From Anaerolineales bacterium (GTDB lineage: Bacteria; Chloroflexota; Anaerolineae; Anaerolineales; UBA11858): a stretch of DNA of 64,000 nucleotides. Below the pieces are notes generated by a model. It saw only the letters and a program-made list of their open reading frames with translations. It was not told the DNA's origin and searched no databases. A program made the position numbers and the translations under genes. This document shows positions 9,623 to 19,291 of the stretch, piece by piece. Positions within the stretch are counted from its first letter, which is position 1. Every line of letters begins with the position of its first letter. The DNA is taken from contig JAWODY010000081.1 of the NCBI GenBank assembly GCA_046483045.1, positions 98,666 through 162,665 of the forward strand, given 5' to 3'.

Positions 9623-11305
9623 ATGGCTGGAAAGCGAATCGTATTTTCTGAAGAAGCCCGGAGAAAATTACAAACCGGGATGGATAAATTGGCGAAAGCC
9701 GTCATTACCACCTTGGGGCCCAAAGGGCGCAACGTGGCCCTTGACCGCAGTTTTGGGAGCCCCACGATCACCCACGACGGCGTGACCGTGGCCAAAGAGA
9801 TTGAACTCAAAAACAAGTTTGAAAACATGGGCGCCCAACTCCTGAAAGAGGCGGCGACCAAGACAAACGACATCGCCGGGGACGGGACGACAACGTCCAC
9901 TCTCCTGGCCCACTCCATCGTCACGGAAGGCATGAAGAATTTGGCCGCTGGTTTCAACCCCATGCTGCTCAAGCAGGGTATTTTGGCCGCATCCGAGGCT
10001 GTTTCCAAGGAAATCGGTGAGAAGGCCATCGATGTCACCACCAAAGAGGAGATTGGCAACGTAGCTTCCATCTCCGCCCAGGATCGGTCGATTGGTGAAT
10101 TGATCGCGGACGTGATGGATAAAGTCGGCAAAGACGGTGTGATCACTGTGGAAGAGTCCAAAACCCTCGCTTTCGAGACAGAGTACGTGGAGGGTATGCA
10201 GTTTGATCGGGGCTATCTTTCCCCTTATTTCGTGACCAACTCCGAAGAAATGGAAGCCGTCATCGAAGAACCTAACCTGCTCATCCACGATTCCAAGATT
10301 TCCGCGGCACAGGACATCGTCCCTCTGCTCGAGAAATTGGTGCAAATGGGCAAACGGGATCTGGTGATCATTGCCGAAGACATTGACGGCGAAGCGCTGG
10401 CGACCCTGGTCCTCAACAAACTGCGCGGCATGGTCAACGTATTGGCCATCAAAGCCCCTGGCTTTGGTGATCGCCGCAAAGCCATGCTGCAGGACATCGC
10501 TGTACTGACCGGCGCCACCGTGATCTCCGAAGAACTGGGGAGAAAACTGGACAGCGCCACGGTAGATGACCTCGGCCAAGCCGAGAAAGTCATCTCCACC
10601 AAAGACGACACCACGATTGTGGGCGGACAAGGCGACGGCGACCAAATCAAAGGCCGCGTGGAACAGATCCGGAACGAGATCGAGGTCAGCACCAGCGACT
10701 ACGATCGGGAAAAACTGCAGGAAAGGCTGGCAAAGCTTTCCGGCGGCGTGGCTGTAATTCGCGTAGGCGCAGCAACTGAGACAGAGCTAAAAGAGAAGAA
10801 ACACCGCGTGGAAGACGCGCTCTCCGCGACACGAGCCGCTGTTGAAGCCGGCATCGTTCCCGGAGGCGGCGTGGCCCTGATCAACGCCATGGGCGTGCTG
10901 GACGACATCGAGATGGACACCCCTGACGCTCAGGTGGGCGTCAAGATCGTGCGCCAGGCTCTGGAAACCCCGATGAAGCGCATCGCGGCCAACGCCGGCA
11001 AAGACGGCGCGGTCATCCTCGAAAACGTGCGGCGCTACCAGAAAGAACAGGACGATCACTACCTCGGATATGATGTTCTGACCGAGGAATTCATCAACAT
11101 GATCAAAGACGGTGTGATTGACCCTGCCAAAGTGACCCGCGGAGCGCTCGAAAACGCAGCTTCCATCGCTGCCATGATCCTGACCACCGAGGCCCTCATC
11201 GCTGATGAACCGGAAGAAGAAGATGAAGGTATGCCCGGCGGCGGCATGGGCGGCGCTGGCATGGGCGGCATGGGCGGCATGGGCGGCGGCATGCCCGGCA
11301 TGTAA
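9623..11305 (+). CDS. groEL: chaperonin GroEL (60 kDa)
   Basis: 560 aa. Contains [12 protein letters not shown] and [25 protein letters not shown]. The C-terminal GGM repeat tail reads [21 protein letters not shown]. Confidence 0.97.
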   Translation: MAGKRIVFSEEARRKLQTGMDKLAKAVITTLGPKGRNVALDRSFGSPTITHDGVTVAKEIELKNKFENMGAQLLKEAATKTNDIAGDGTTTSTLLAHSIVTEGMKNLAAGFNPMLLKQGILAASEAVSKEIGEKAIDVTTKEEIGNVASISAQDRSIGELIADVMDKVGKDGVITVEESKTLAFETEYVEGMQFDRGYLSPYFVTNSEEMEAVIEEPNLLIHDSKISAAQDIVPLLEKLVQMGKRDLVIIAEDIDGEALATLVLNKLRGMVNVLAIKAPGFGDRRKAMLQDIAVLTGATVISEELGRKLDSATVDDLGQAEKVISTKDDTTIVGGQGDGDQIKGRVEQIRNEIEVSTSDYDREKLQERLAKLSGGVAVIRVGAATETELKEKKHRVEDALSATRAAVEAGIVPGGGVALINAMGVLDDIEMDTPDAQVGVKIVRQALETPMKRIAANAGKDGAVILENVRRYQKEQDDHYLGYDVLTEEFINMIKDGVIDPAKVTRGALENAASIAAMILTTEALIADEPEEEDEGMPGGGMGGAGMGGMGGMGGGMPGM

Positions 11306-11330
11306 TCCCCGAGGCACACCATTGAACAAA

Positions 11331-11370
11331 CATAGTGTGGACCGGAACACAGGTCCACACTATGTTTTTT
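11331..11370 (+). terminator. rho-independent terminator of groEL
   Basis: 13-bp stem CATAGTGTGGACC/GGTCCACACTATG, 8-nt loop, then T6. Confidence 0.8.
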
Positions 11371-11478
11371 GATTCCTTCCAAACCCCAATCGGCCTCCAA
11401 GGTGAGAACATACACTCCCACCCCCAAAATAGTATGGCCATATTTACATAGTGTTAACAAGAAGCAGGGGCTTCCCTT

Positions 11479-11507
11479 TTGACAAAGCCTATCTTCCGTG
11501 TTAGAAT
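11479..11507 (+). promoter_or_regulatory. near-consensus promoter upstream of rnj
   Basis: TTGACA (11479-11484), 17-nt spacer, TAGAAT (11502-11507). It leaves a ~265-nt leader before the rnj ATG. Confidence 0.65.
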
Positions 11508-11641
11508 GCACAAGGCGTTAAAGAAAAACGCAATCCGGCTGGTAGAAACAAGCCAGCTTTTAGAGAGCATGATTTGTTATCGGATTACTTGTAAGAAACA
11601 CACGTTTTCATTCGTTAGCTTAAATCATACCTGTGAGACCA

Positions 11642-11676
11642 CCCGGCCGGCAACATTCCGCCCGGGTATTTTTATT
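11642..11676 (+). terminator. terminator-like hairpin inside the rnj leader (possible attenuator)
   Basis: CCCGGCCGG / CCGCCCGGG form a 9-bp stem with one mismatch and a 7-nt loop, followed by TATTTTTATT. It lies ~100 nt upstream of the rnj start. Confidence 0.45.
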
Positions 11677-11779
11677 CACTCCGCACCTTCAGCACTTCCC
11701 TCCCGGACATAGGGTTCGAAGAGGAAAAAACTACGAAAGAAGTTGAAGGTACATAACCTAGATTAGGAAAGAGGTAAAC

Positions 11780-13417
11780 ATGAGTTCAAACGCATTAAAG
11801 ATTATCCCTTTAGGGGGATTTGGTGAAGTAGGAAAGAACATGCTGGTGTATGAGTATGGCAAGAACATCATGATCGTGGAAACGGGGATCATGTTCCCCG
11901 AGAACGACATGCTGGGCATCGATTACATCATCCCGGATTTTGAGTACGTAAAAGAACGAAAGGACTTGGTTCGCGGCATCGTCATCACCCACGGTCACGA
12001 AGACCATGTAGGCGCCATCTCCCACATTGTGGAGGAAATCGACGCGCCTATTTACGCCGCACCACTCACCCGCGGTTTCATCGAAGTCAAACTTTCGGAA
12101 GCCAATCTGCTCAACCAAGCCACGATCAACACCGTTAACGCCGGGGACACGGAACATATCGGTCCTTTTGAGGTGGAATTCTTTCACGTCAGCCACTCCA
12201 TACCCGACACCTTGGGTTTGGGCATTCATACCCCGGAAGGTCTGGTGGTCCACACCAGCGATTACAAATTTGATCCCACACCTGTCGACGGTTGGCCCAG
12301 TGACTTTGCCAAGCTGGCAGAGTTCTCCGGAGAGGGGGTCCTGGCCCTGGTCGCGGATTCCACCAACGCTGATAAGCCTGGTTGGACAGCTTCCGAACAG
12401 GTGATTAACGACGGATTAGACGAGGTCTTTTCTGAAACTTCAGGACGGATCATCGTGGCCTCATTTGCATCCCTGGTTTCCAGGATGCAGCAAGTCGCCG
12501 ACGCAACACACCGCCACGGCCGCAAGATGGCCTTCGTGGGATACAGCATGAAGAAAAACTCGAAAATGGCCCGTGATTTGGGGTACCTTGACCTCCCAGG
12601 CGATTTGATAGTGGGATTAGACGAGGCCCTGAACATGAACCCCAAAAACGTAGTGCTCATGGCCACCGGTTCCCAGGGCGAACCTTACTCCATCATGGGA
12701 CGGCTTTCGCGGGGGACAAACCGGCGCTTCGACCTCCTGGAAGATGACACCATCGTCCTCTCTTCCCGGACCATTCCCGGCAATGAAGAGGTTGTGTATA
12801 AAACCATCAACCGGCTTTTCCGCCGGGGCGCGCATGTCATTTATGAAGACCTTGCCAATGTTCACGTTTCAGGTCACGCCAGACAGGACGAGATGAAACT
12901 GATGATTAACCTCGTCAAACCCAAGTACCTGGTGCCCATGCACGGCGAGCTCCGACATCTGAAACAACACGCGGCGTTAGCAAAGGAAATTGGCTTCCCT
13001 GACCAGAATGTCCAGGTGATCGAAAATGGTCAGGTTTTGGAGTTCGAAAACGGCAAGATGCAAACCAAAGAACGCATCCCAGGAGGATACGTCTTTGTGG
13101 ATGGTTCCCGGGTGGGTGATATCGGGCCCAGTGTGGTCCGGGAACGGGAGAAACTGTCCCAGGATGGGGTGGTTCTGATTAGCCTCGTCCTCAATCAAAA
13201 CGGAAGGCTGTACGAAAATCCGGACATCATATCCCGGGGATTTGTATATAAGCACGGGGACAAAGACATTATTGAGCAGACCAAAGCCAAGGTCAGAGAG
13301 GTGGTGGACCGATCCCAGGGTGACCTGCACAACGACCTCATCCAAACCATCAAATCTTTCCTGTACAGCAAAACAAAAAAACGGCCCATTGTCCTGGTCA
13401 CTATGAATTGGGTCTAA
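11780..13417 (+). CDS. rnj: ribonuclease J
   Basis: 545 aa. Metallo-beta-lactamase motif HGHEDHVG, a beta-CASP region, and a C-terminal domain. The N-terminus IIPLGGFGEVGKNM is typical of RNase J. Confidence 0.9.
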   Translation: MSSNALKIIPLGGFGEVGKNMLVYEYGKNIMIVETGIMFPENDMLGIDYIIPDFEYVKERKDLVRGIVITHGHEDHVGAISHIVEEIDAPIYAAPLTRGFIEVKLSEANLLNQATINTVNAGDTEHIGPFEVEFFHVSHSIPDTLGLGIHTPEGLVVHTSDYKFDPTPVDGWPSDFAKLAEFSGEGVLALVADSTNADKPGWTASEQVINDGLDEVFSETSGRIIVASFASLVSRMQQVADATHRHGRKMAFVGYSMKKNSKMARDLGYLDLPGDLIVGLDEALNMNPKNVVLMATGSQGEPYSIMGRLSRGTNRRFDLLEDDTIVLSSRTIPGNEEVVYKTINRLFRRGAHVIYEDLANVHVSGHARQDEMKLMINLVKPKYLVPMHGELRHLKQHAALAKEIGFPDQNVQVIENGQVLEFENGKMQTKERIPGGYVFVDGSRVGDIGPSVVREREKLSQDGVVLISLVLNQNGRLYENPDIISRGFVYKHGDKDIIEQTKAKVREVVDRSQGDLHNDLIQTIKSFLYSKTKKRPIVLVTMNWV

Positions 13418-13438
13418 AAAGAAAAAACGAAGTCAAAA

Positions 13439-13466
13439 CCCCGCGGCAGCTGCCGCGGGGTTTTTT
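13439..13466. terminator. bidirectional rho-independent terminator (rnj / pcm convergent)
   Basis: GC-rich palindrome CCCCGCGGCAG/CTGCCGCGGGG, flanked by A4 upstream and T6 downstream. Confidence 0.85.
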
Positions 13467-13496
13467 CTTTCCACTCCAAGAAATGCAACACTGCTA

Positions 13497-14162
13497 CTAT
13501 CGAGGGGCTGAATGTCCGTGCTCCCCAATCAGGGGCACAAAAGCGACCGGGGATAAGGCTTTCACTGAGAAGTCGTCCTCCCGGCGCTGGTACAATTTCA
13601 AAACCTGACCTCCTCGGCTTCCCACGGGCATGATCAACCTTCCTCCCTCATCAAGCTGATCCAATAAAGGACGGGGAACTTCCGGCGCAGCAGCGGTGAC
13701 TATCACTCCCTGAAAAGGCGCATGCTCTGGAAGGCCTTCGGTCCCATCACCCTGGATGACATGGATGTTTTCATATCCCATATCCTGTAAACGCTGGGAA
13801 GCGATTTTTGCCAGATCTTGGTGCCGTTCCACGGTGTAGACTTCCGCAGCCAATTCCCCCAGGATGGCTGCCTGGTACCCTGAACCCGTCCCTATTTCAA
13901 GCACGCGCTCTTCCCCCTGGAGTTCCAAGGCCTCTGTCATGTAAGCTACGATATAAGGTTGGGAAATCGTCTGCCCCTTGCCGATGGGCAGCGGGCCGTC
14001 AGAGTACGCGAATTCCCGTTTATTTGGAGGTACAAAAAGGTGGCGGGGTACGGAGCGAAACGCCTCCAGGACCCGCGGTGAATCAATGCCCCGCCTGGCT
14101 ATTTGGCGCTCGACCATCCTCTCTCGTGCTTTCTGGTAATCCATATCGCCCTTCATCGCCAT
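13497..14162 (-). CDS. pcm: protein-L-isoaspartate O-methyltransferase
   Basis: PCMT sequence with SQPYIVAYMTEAL and VLEIGTGSGYQAAILG. I trimmed the start to MAMKGDMDYQK (ATG at 14162). The longer track ORF overlaps the upstream peptidase gene. Confidence 0.85.
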   Translation of the reverse strand: MAMKGDMDYQKARERMVERQIARRGIDSPRVLEAFRSVPRHLFVPPNKREFAYSDGPLPIGKGQTISQPYIVAYMTEALELQGEERVLEIGTGSGYQAAILGELAAEVYTVERHQDLAKIASQRLQDMGYENIHVIQGDGTEGLPEHAPFQGVIVTAAAPEVPRPLLDQLDEGGRLIMPVGSRGGQVLKLYQRREDDFSVKALSPVAFVPLIGEHGHSAPR

Positions 14163-14314
14163 CCACTCCCTCTCACTCAATCTAAAGGTCCAAAATTGCG
14201 CGCGGAGAACCTCGCGAATATTTAGAAGAATCAGGTACCAATATTGAAAAGCCGTAGGATCTGACCTGCCTGCCAGCGAATGACGCGGTCCATTCCGGGT
14301 TTCACGGTTTCCGC

Positions 14315-15364
14315 TCAGGAAAGAAGGTAGGCCAACACCCACTGCGTGGTAGCCAGCAAGGCATCCAGGTTTGTGCGCTCGTAATTATGGGAGGCATCCA
14401 CGCCGGGACCGATGAGCGAAACAGCCACATCGCCACCTGCCCGCCAGTATGCCTCTCCATCCGATCCGTAATAGGGGTATATGTCCACCCGATGGGCGAT
14501 CCCATGCTGCTCCGCCAAAGAGCGCAGCCGCTCATTCAAACCGTAATGATAAGGACCACCGGAGTCTTTCACACACAAGGTGGCATGGAACTCATCCGAG
14601 GTTTGCCCTTTTCCCACCGCTGCCATGTCCACAGCGACCAATTCCTCCAGCCCCTCCGGGAACCCGCTGGCTGCCCCATGGCCCACCTCTTCATAATTAC
14701 TGATGTGAAACACCGTGTCCTGGGCGGGCTTTCGTCCAGATTCCTGCAGGGCCTGGATGGCCGCCACCAGACAAGCTACACCCGCTTTGTCATCCAAATG
14801 TCTGGAGCGGATGAACCCCCCGTTTATCTCCACCCGGGGGTCAAAGCACACGAAATCCCCCACCCGGATCCCCAACTCCCGGGTCTTCTCCTTGGAACTC
14901 GTACGTGCGTCCAGGCGGACTTCCATGTGGTCCTCGTCCCGCTTCGTTTCCCCAACTTTTTTGCCGTGTACATGCACCGAGGCGGTGTCGATCAAGATCG
15001 ACCCGCGGACGTCTTCCCCCTTACTGGCGATCACGGTGCATCCTTCCCCTTCGACCGAATTCCAGGGAACGCCCCCAATCTTTGTCAGTTTGAGGCGGCC
15101 ACTGCTTTTGATCTCTTTCACCATTGCCCCCAATGTATCCACATGAGCGGTCAGTCCACGCGGGGACCGGTTGTCCTGTCCCTCCCAGACCCCGACCAGC
15201 CCCCCCTTCTTCGTCATCCGCAGGTCAAGATCCGAAAAAACCCTTAAAGTCTCCTGAAGAGACTGAAGGATGTGATCCGTATATCCTGTGGGGCTGGACC
15301 TATTCAAAAGGTCCACCAGCACTTCAAGCAAATATTCTTCGTTAATGGGGAGCAGAGATGTCAT
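14315..15364 (-). CDS. M42 family metallopeptidase (glutamyl aminopeptidase/FrvX-like)
   Basis: About 349 aa. M42-like motifs (AHVDTLG, RHLDDKAG, NYEEVGHGAA, DSGGPY). The start is set at the ATG preceded by GAGGAAG. Confidence 0.8.
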   Translation of the reverse strand: MTSLLPINEEYLLEVLVDLLNRSSPTGYTDHILQSLQETLRVFSDLDLRMTKKGGLVGVWEGQDNRSPRGLTAHVDTLGAMVKEIKSSGRLKLTKIGGVPWNSVEGEGCTVIASKGEDVRGSILIDTASVHVHGKKVGETKRDEDHMEVRLDARTSSKEKTRELGIRVGDFVCFDPRVEINGGFIRSRHLDDKAGVACLVAAIQALQESGRKPAQDTVFHISNYEEVGHGAASGFPEGLEELVAVDMAAVGKGQTSDEFHATLCVKDSGGPYHYGLNERLRSLAEQHGIAHRVDIYPYYGSDGEAYWRAGGDVAVSLIGPGVDASHNYERTNLDALLATTQWVLAYLLS

Positions 15365-15682
15365 TGTCTTCCTCACTGTGAACGTTCAGGGATATCTTCA
15401 TAAGAAGCGATCTTCTCACGCCATCCGTCCGGCAGATAGATGGACCAAGTTGAAACCCAAACCCGAAAAAACGCTTCCATCCCACAGACCCAGATCTTGA
15501 TTGCAAGAAACCCGGGCATGCTCCAGACAATTGGCGAACCGGGTATTATTGACATGCCCCTGCGGGTCAAGGTCTCAATACTTGACATCAATGGGTTGGA
15601 AAAACGGAAATCAGACATACTCCCATTATACAGGAAAGTGAGGTCCGATAAAGATCTCTTCCGACCAGCATGGGAAGGGCTC

Positions 15683-15712
15683 AAAAAATAAAACCAGCTC
15701 CCCGGAAGCCGG
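15683..15712 (-). terminator. putative terminator downstream of the acyltransferase gene
   Basis: On the minus strand: CCGGCT...AGCTGG, a 6-bp stem with one G-U pair, followed by TTTTATTTTTT. Confidence 0.5.
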
Positions 15713-15808
15713 CCCACTTCACTTATCAAAAAAGAAACGAATATCCAGAGAGATTTATACTTTGCGATCTATGAAAGGATGGAATCAATCCGCTGAAAAC
15801 ATCCAGAT

Positions 15809-16552
15809 TTAAACCTCATCCCAATCTGCCTTTTCCCAGGGGTAATCCGCGACTTCTTTGGCCGCTTCAAGTACCGCGGGGTCGCTGGAGTATTTCCCTC
15901 GCAGCTCATCTGGAAGTAACTGAGCAATGGCGCGCATGATCGCTTCCCCGATCTCATCCAACTGCTCCCGCCGTTCCCTGCCCCGGCCTGTAGTATGGAA
16001 AGGCCCAATGGGCGTCCCGACTTTGATCTTGACTTTCGCCTGTTCCCGCAGGCGGAGCGGGAAGATATCCCGGAACCCGGTAAAAGCCACCGGCAAAACC
16101 GGGGCCCCGGTCCGGGCTGCGAGATACGCCGCCCCCGGCCGCGCGGGCCGGAGCATCTCCGCCCAGGCACCCCCCTCCGGGAAGATCCCAAATAACCCTC
16201 CTTGAGAAAGCACACTTTCCGCAGAACGCAGGGCCTCTCTAGAGACGGATCCGCGCCGGACGTAAAATACTCCCCACAACTTGGGCAGAAACTCGGCCCA
16301 GGCCGGTGTGAAGGCCGGGTTGGAACCGGCGAAAAATTCTATCCGGGGAGGCGCAAGGCGGATCATAGCTACCGAATCCGCGTAGCTGAAATGATTCCCC
16401 GCGATGATCATCGGACCCTGTTCAGGCACCCTGTCCTGCCCCTCGATTTCAAAGTCCGTCAGAGCCCAAAACGCGGCATGAACCAAACCTTTCAAGGCAA
16501 AGCGAATGACCTGCCGGCGAGGGTAGTTGACTTTTGACATAAAAACGCTCAC
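15809..16552 (-). CDS. 1-acyl-sn-glycerol-3-phosphate acyltransferase family protein
   Basis: 247 aa. HX4D acyltransferase motif (NHFSYAD) and a downstream FPEGG motif. The start could alternatively be the ATG at 16540. Confidence 0.8.
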   Translation of the reverse strand: MSVFMSKVNYPRRQVIRFALKGLVHAAFWALTDFEIEGQDRVPEQGPMIIAGNHFSYADSVAMIRLAPPRIEFFAGSNPAFTPAWAEFLPKLWGVFYVRRGSVSREALRSAESVLSQGGLFGIFPEGGAWAEMLRPARPGAAYLAARTGAPVLPVAFTGFRDIFPLRLREQAKVKIKVGTPIGPFHTTGRGRERREQLDEIGEAIMRAIAQLLPDELRGKYSSDPAVLEAAKEVADYPWEKADWDEV

Positions 16553-16654
16553 TTTTGTCTACATAAAACCAATCGGCTGGAACTGAGGACGCCACATCCC
16601 ATCTAACATAACTATCAGGGACACCCTCAGCTTCCTACGCATTTCCACAGCAAA

Positions 16655-18175
16655 TCACGGCCGCTGATAAAAAACCCAGGGGGTTTCCGGGTAATAATCA
16701 TACACATCCCACCTTCCCTGGTAAGCAGCTCTCAAAGCTGCATCCCGCTTCTGACCGAGATTCCAGGCAAAAAGAAAAGGGGTGTCAAAGTAGGGTGTGG
16801 TCAGCTCCAGGTAACTGCCGTAAGGCATCCACTGTTCGCTGTGCACGATAAACAACGCCGGAGCGAGCTCACGTACCTTTTCCGTTCGAAAAGGCCGGAG
16901 ATCTTCCCGCTGAATGCCATACAAGCCGTGCAGGCCCTGTAAACGAAAGGGAAGATAAAAGATGATATTGGCAGCGAGGAGCATAAAAACCGCAGCTGTT
17001 GTCAGCAGCGGTTGAAGTTTACGCCATCCCTGGTGGGTGTGCAGGATAGACCTCCCTCTTTCCAGGGACCAGCCCCCAACCGTGATGATCCCGGCCGCTG
17101 TGAAAATGGATAATCCCAGCAAAGCGGAAAAGTAATAGCGCGGCCCCAAAAGCCAGGACCCCACCCAGTACGCCCCATACACCATCACCAAACTCGGAAA
17201 GAGGCTCCCCAACAATAATGCCCGCGTGTTTTTCCGGAAAGCCCACAATCCAAAGGGGAGAAAGAGCCAGGACAGCTTTCCCCAACCGAAAAGGTCGCTT
17301 AATCCCGTGCGCAAGCTGTGTTTGGTGTTCCACCAGGCCAAACGCAGGCTGTGGCCTCCCTCCATCACCCCGTACCCCAGGCCGAACCCCACTCTGTCAT
17401 AGGACCACCACAGCGTATAAGGGTTTTTGAATAGATCTCCCGTGAGGGCCGCCTGCCACAGAAAATGGAAAGAACCTAGCGTCAGCCCCACAGTTCCTGT
17501 CAGGATCACATGTTTGCGCTGGAGGGCATCCCCCCAGATGAGGAGGACCAGGCCGTGGATGCTGAAGGGGATGGCTATTCCCACCATGGTCAGGGGGCGG
17601 GTCAACCCCAGCAAACCCAGGCAGCTCCCTCCCAGGACCGCGGACAACCAATACGTGCTCCCTGACCGGCGGTCCTCGTCCGAAACACCTTCATACCAGC
17701 ACAGGATAAAGACCATGGACAGGACCAGGCTCCAGGGATGGGAAAGCAGTGTTCCGGTTTGAATGAGGAATAAAGGGGATGTCAGGGTTAAACCCGCAGC
17801 CAACAGGCCGACCTTCTCATTCTGGATCCGCTTCCCCAAACGGTAGGTCAGCCACACAGCAAGCCCAGCCAAAAAGGGATTGACCCAGGAACGGATTCCC
17901 AGACGAACCCCCAGGGAAAGCAAAGCTGGCCACCCCAGGGGATATTTTCCAAATCGCTGGCCCTGATAATCTACCACAAAGGGAACCAGGAAATGGTTAG
18001 GGAAATCCGGAGAGGGCACGGTAAGGTCGCCCCTGGAGATGGCCTGGGCCTGCCACACATAAGCGAACTCATCTTCCAGGTGGGCCATGTTATCAAACAC
18101 GTTTCCACCCACCAAAGCAGCGGCAAATATGGCAAACAAACATAAAAACAAGGCCAGGCGATCAGCGCTCGACAT
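16655..18175 (-). CDS. GT-C fold (family 39 / ArnT-like) membrane glycosyltransferase
   Basis: 506 aa and polytopic. DE-containing first loop (LEDEFAYVW) and an overall hydrophobic pattern like PMT/ArnT-type transferases. Assigned by resemblance only. Confidence 0.6.
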   Translation of the reverse strand: MSSADRLALFLCLFAIFAAALVGGNVFDNMAHLEDEFAYVWQAQAISRGDLTVPSPDFPNHFLVPFVVDYQGQRFGKYPLGWPALLSLGVRLGIRSWVNPFLAGLAVWLTYRLGKRIQNEKVGLLAAGLTLTSPLFLIQTGTLLSHPWSLVLSMVFILCWYEGVSDEDRRSGSTYWLSAVLGGSCLGLLGLTRPLTMVGIAIPFSIHGLVLLIWGDALQRKHVILTGTVGLTLGSFHFLWQAALTGDLFKNPYTLWWSYDRVGFGLGYGVMEGGHSLRLAWWNTKHSLRTGLSDLFGWGKLSWLFLPFGLWAFRKNTRALLLGSLFPSLVMVYGAYWVGSWLLGPRYYFSALLGLSIFTAAGIITVGGWSLERGRSILHTHQGWRKLQPLLTTAAVFMLLAANIIFYLPFRLQGLHGLYGIQREDLRPFRTEKVRELAPALFIVHSEQWMPYGSYLELTTPYFDTPFLFAWNLGQKRDAALRAAYQGRWDVYDYYPETPWVFYQRP

Positions 18176-18177
18176 AG

Positions 18178-19191
18178 TCAGGCACCGATCTCTCGCAGCG
18201 CCTTAAGGGTCTCCGGATGCAGGATCCCATTGGTCGCACAAATACCGCGGTTTGCAGTCAGGCGTTCCCCTTGGGAAAAATCTAGAGGTTTCCCATCTAA
18301 GTCGGTGACTTTTCCCCCTGCCTCTTCCACTAACAAAGAGCCCGCTGCCTGATCCCAGACCTTTTCCCTATATCCCTCGCGTCCTCCGTCCAACAATCGC
18401 AAGTAGATCTCGGCTTTACCCCCTGCCAGAAGGGCATATTTCGCCTGGCTGTCCAAACGAACCGGCCCAATGTCCACGTTCAAAGCCTTCGAAAAATCTA
18501 CAATTTGATCGACGTTCGTGTGCCCTGACTCAAAAGAGCGCAGCAGACGGGCTTGCATAGTATCCGTCTTCCGGGAAACGTGAAGAGCAGAAAAGTAAGG
18601 ACTCGAGATTGGGGAATGCAAAGGCATAACCCAGCTTCCCTGACCTCGTGCGGTCGCAAAAAGGGATCCCTCTCCGCCTAAATCCTCTTCGAGATCCGCG
18701 TTCAAATTGGGGCAACCCAAGGCACCAATCTGTTCCTTTCCCCCCTGGATATATCCCAAACACACAGCGAATTGGGCCCCCCGCAGGAAACCTTTCGTGC
18801 CGTCTATGGGATCCAGAGTCCAATACTCCTTTCCCACTCCCCCCCGACCGCGGTCAATCCAGTCAAGAACCCCTTCAGGAGAAGCGTTTGGAATCACCCG
18901 GGAGACATAGCCGGTGATCTTTTCCAGCTTCTCCGCGTTTTCTTCCAGGCGGAGAACGTCGGCGTCCTCCTCTCCAATTAAGGACACATCAGGATAATAT
19001 CGATCCAGATAGCAACCCACCACCGCCTGGGCAGCGAAATCAGCCACTGTGACAGGCGTACGATCCTCTTTCGTGAGGGCTGAAGTGACCATCTCAGTCT
19101 GGATTTCCTGGACGAGTTGGGAGGCGGTCTGGACAGCAGTAAGCGCGAAGTCAATTTTTGAGTCAGATAAATTAATCATCTCGTCTACCAT
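18178..19191 (-). CDS. 3'(2'),5'-bisphosphate nucleotidase / inositol monophosphatase family (HAL2/SAL1-like)
   Basis: IMPase motifs EED...(GEEDADV) and WTLDPIDGTKGF, plus a C-terminal WDQAAG. The stop is 2 nt from the GT-C gene start. The start is set at MVDEMINL. Confidence 0.8.
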   Translation of the reverse strand: MVDEMINLSDSKIDFALTAVQTASQLVQEIQTEMVTSALTKEDRTPVTVADFAAQAVVGCYLDRYYPDVSLIGEEDADVLRLEENAEKLEKITGYVSRVIPNASPEGVLDWIDRGRGGVGKEYWTLDPIDGTKGFLRGAQFAVCLGYIQGGKEQIGALGCPNLNADLEEDLGGEGSLFATARGQGSWVMPLHSPISSPYFSALHVSRKTDTMQARLLRSFESGHTNVDQIVDFSKALNVDIGPVRLDSQAKYALLAGGKAEIYLRLLDGGREGYREKVWDQAAGSLLVEEAGGKVTDLDGKPLDFSQGERLTANRGICATNGILHPETLKALREIGA

Positions 19192-19291
19192 AGCATGAAA
19201 CACAAACCCCTGCAAGGTGGACGGTTTAGGACAGCTCCTCAGGGATGAAAAAGAGGGTTTTGGAGCTCACGCCCTTCCTCAATATGCGTTT

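Noticed and set aside
9668-10645. Long antisense or alternative-frame ORFs overlapping strong genes. Examples: 9668-10645 and 9586-10161 against groEL, 44027-45034 against malE, 39739-40569 against GH13, 46794-47576 against polX, 48687-49526 against ligA, and 53214-53879 against clpC.
   Set aside because: Each overlaps a gene with unmistakable conserved motifs on the other strand or frame. The amino-acid composition (Arg/Gly/Pro/His-rich) is typical of spurious ORFs in GC-rich DNA.
11215-11305. Short tandem repeats (the GGM-encoding repeat in groEL, the EEPT repeat in malE, the TP repeat in the RodZ-like gene) considered as CRISPR-like or minisatellite arrays
   Set aside because: All lie in frame inside coding regions, have no spacers, and encode known low-complexity protein tails.
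15373-15729. 118-aa minus-strand ORF taken as a gene in full
   Set aside because: Its 5' part consists of a terminator hairpin plus T-tract (giving the FYFL residues). Only a shorter version is conceivable, and even that is uncertain.
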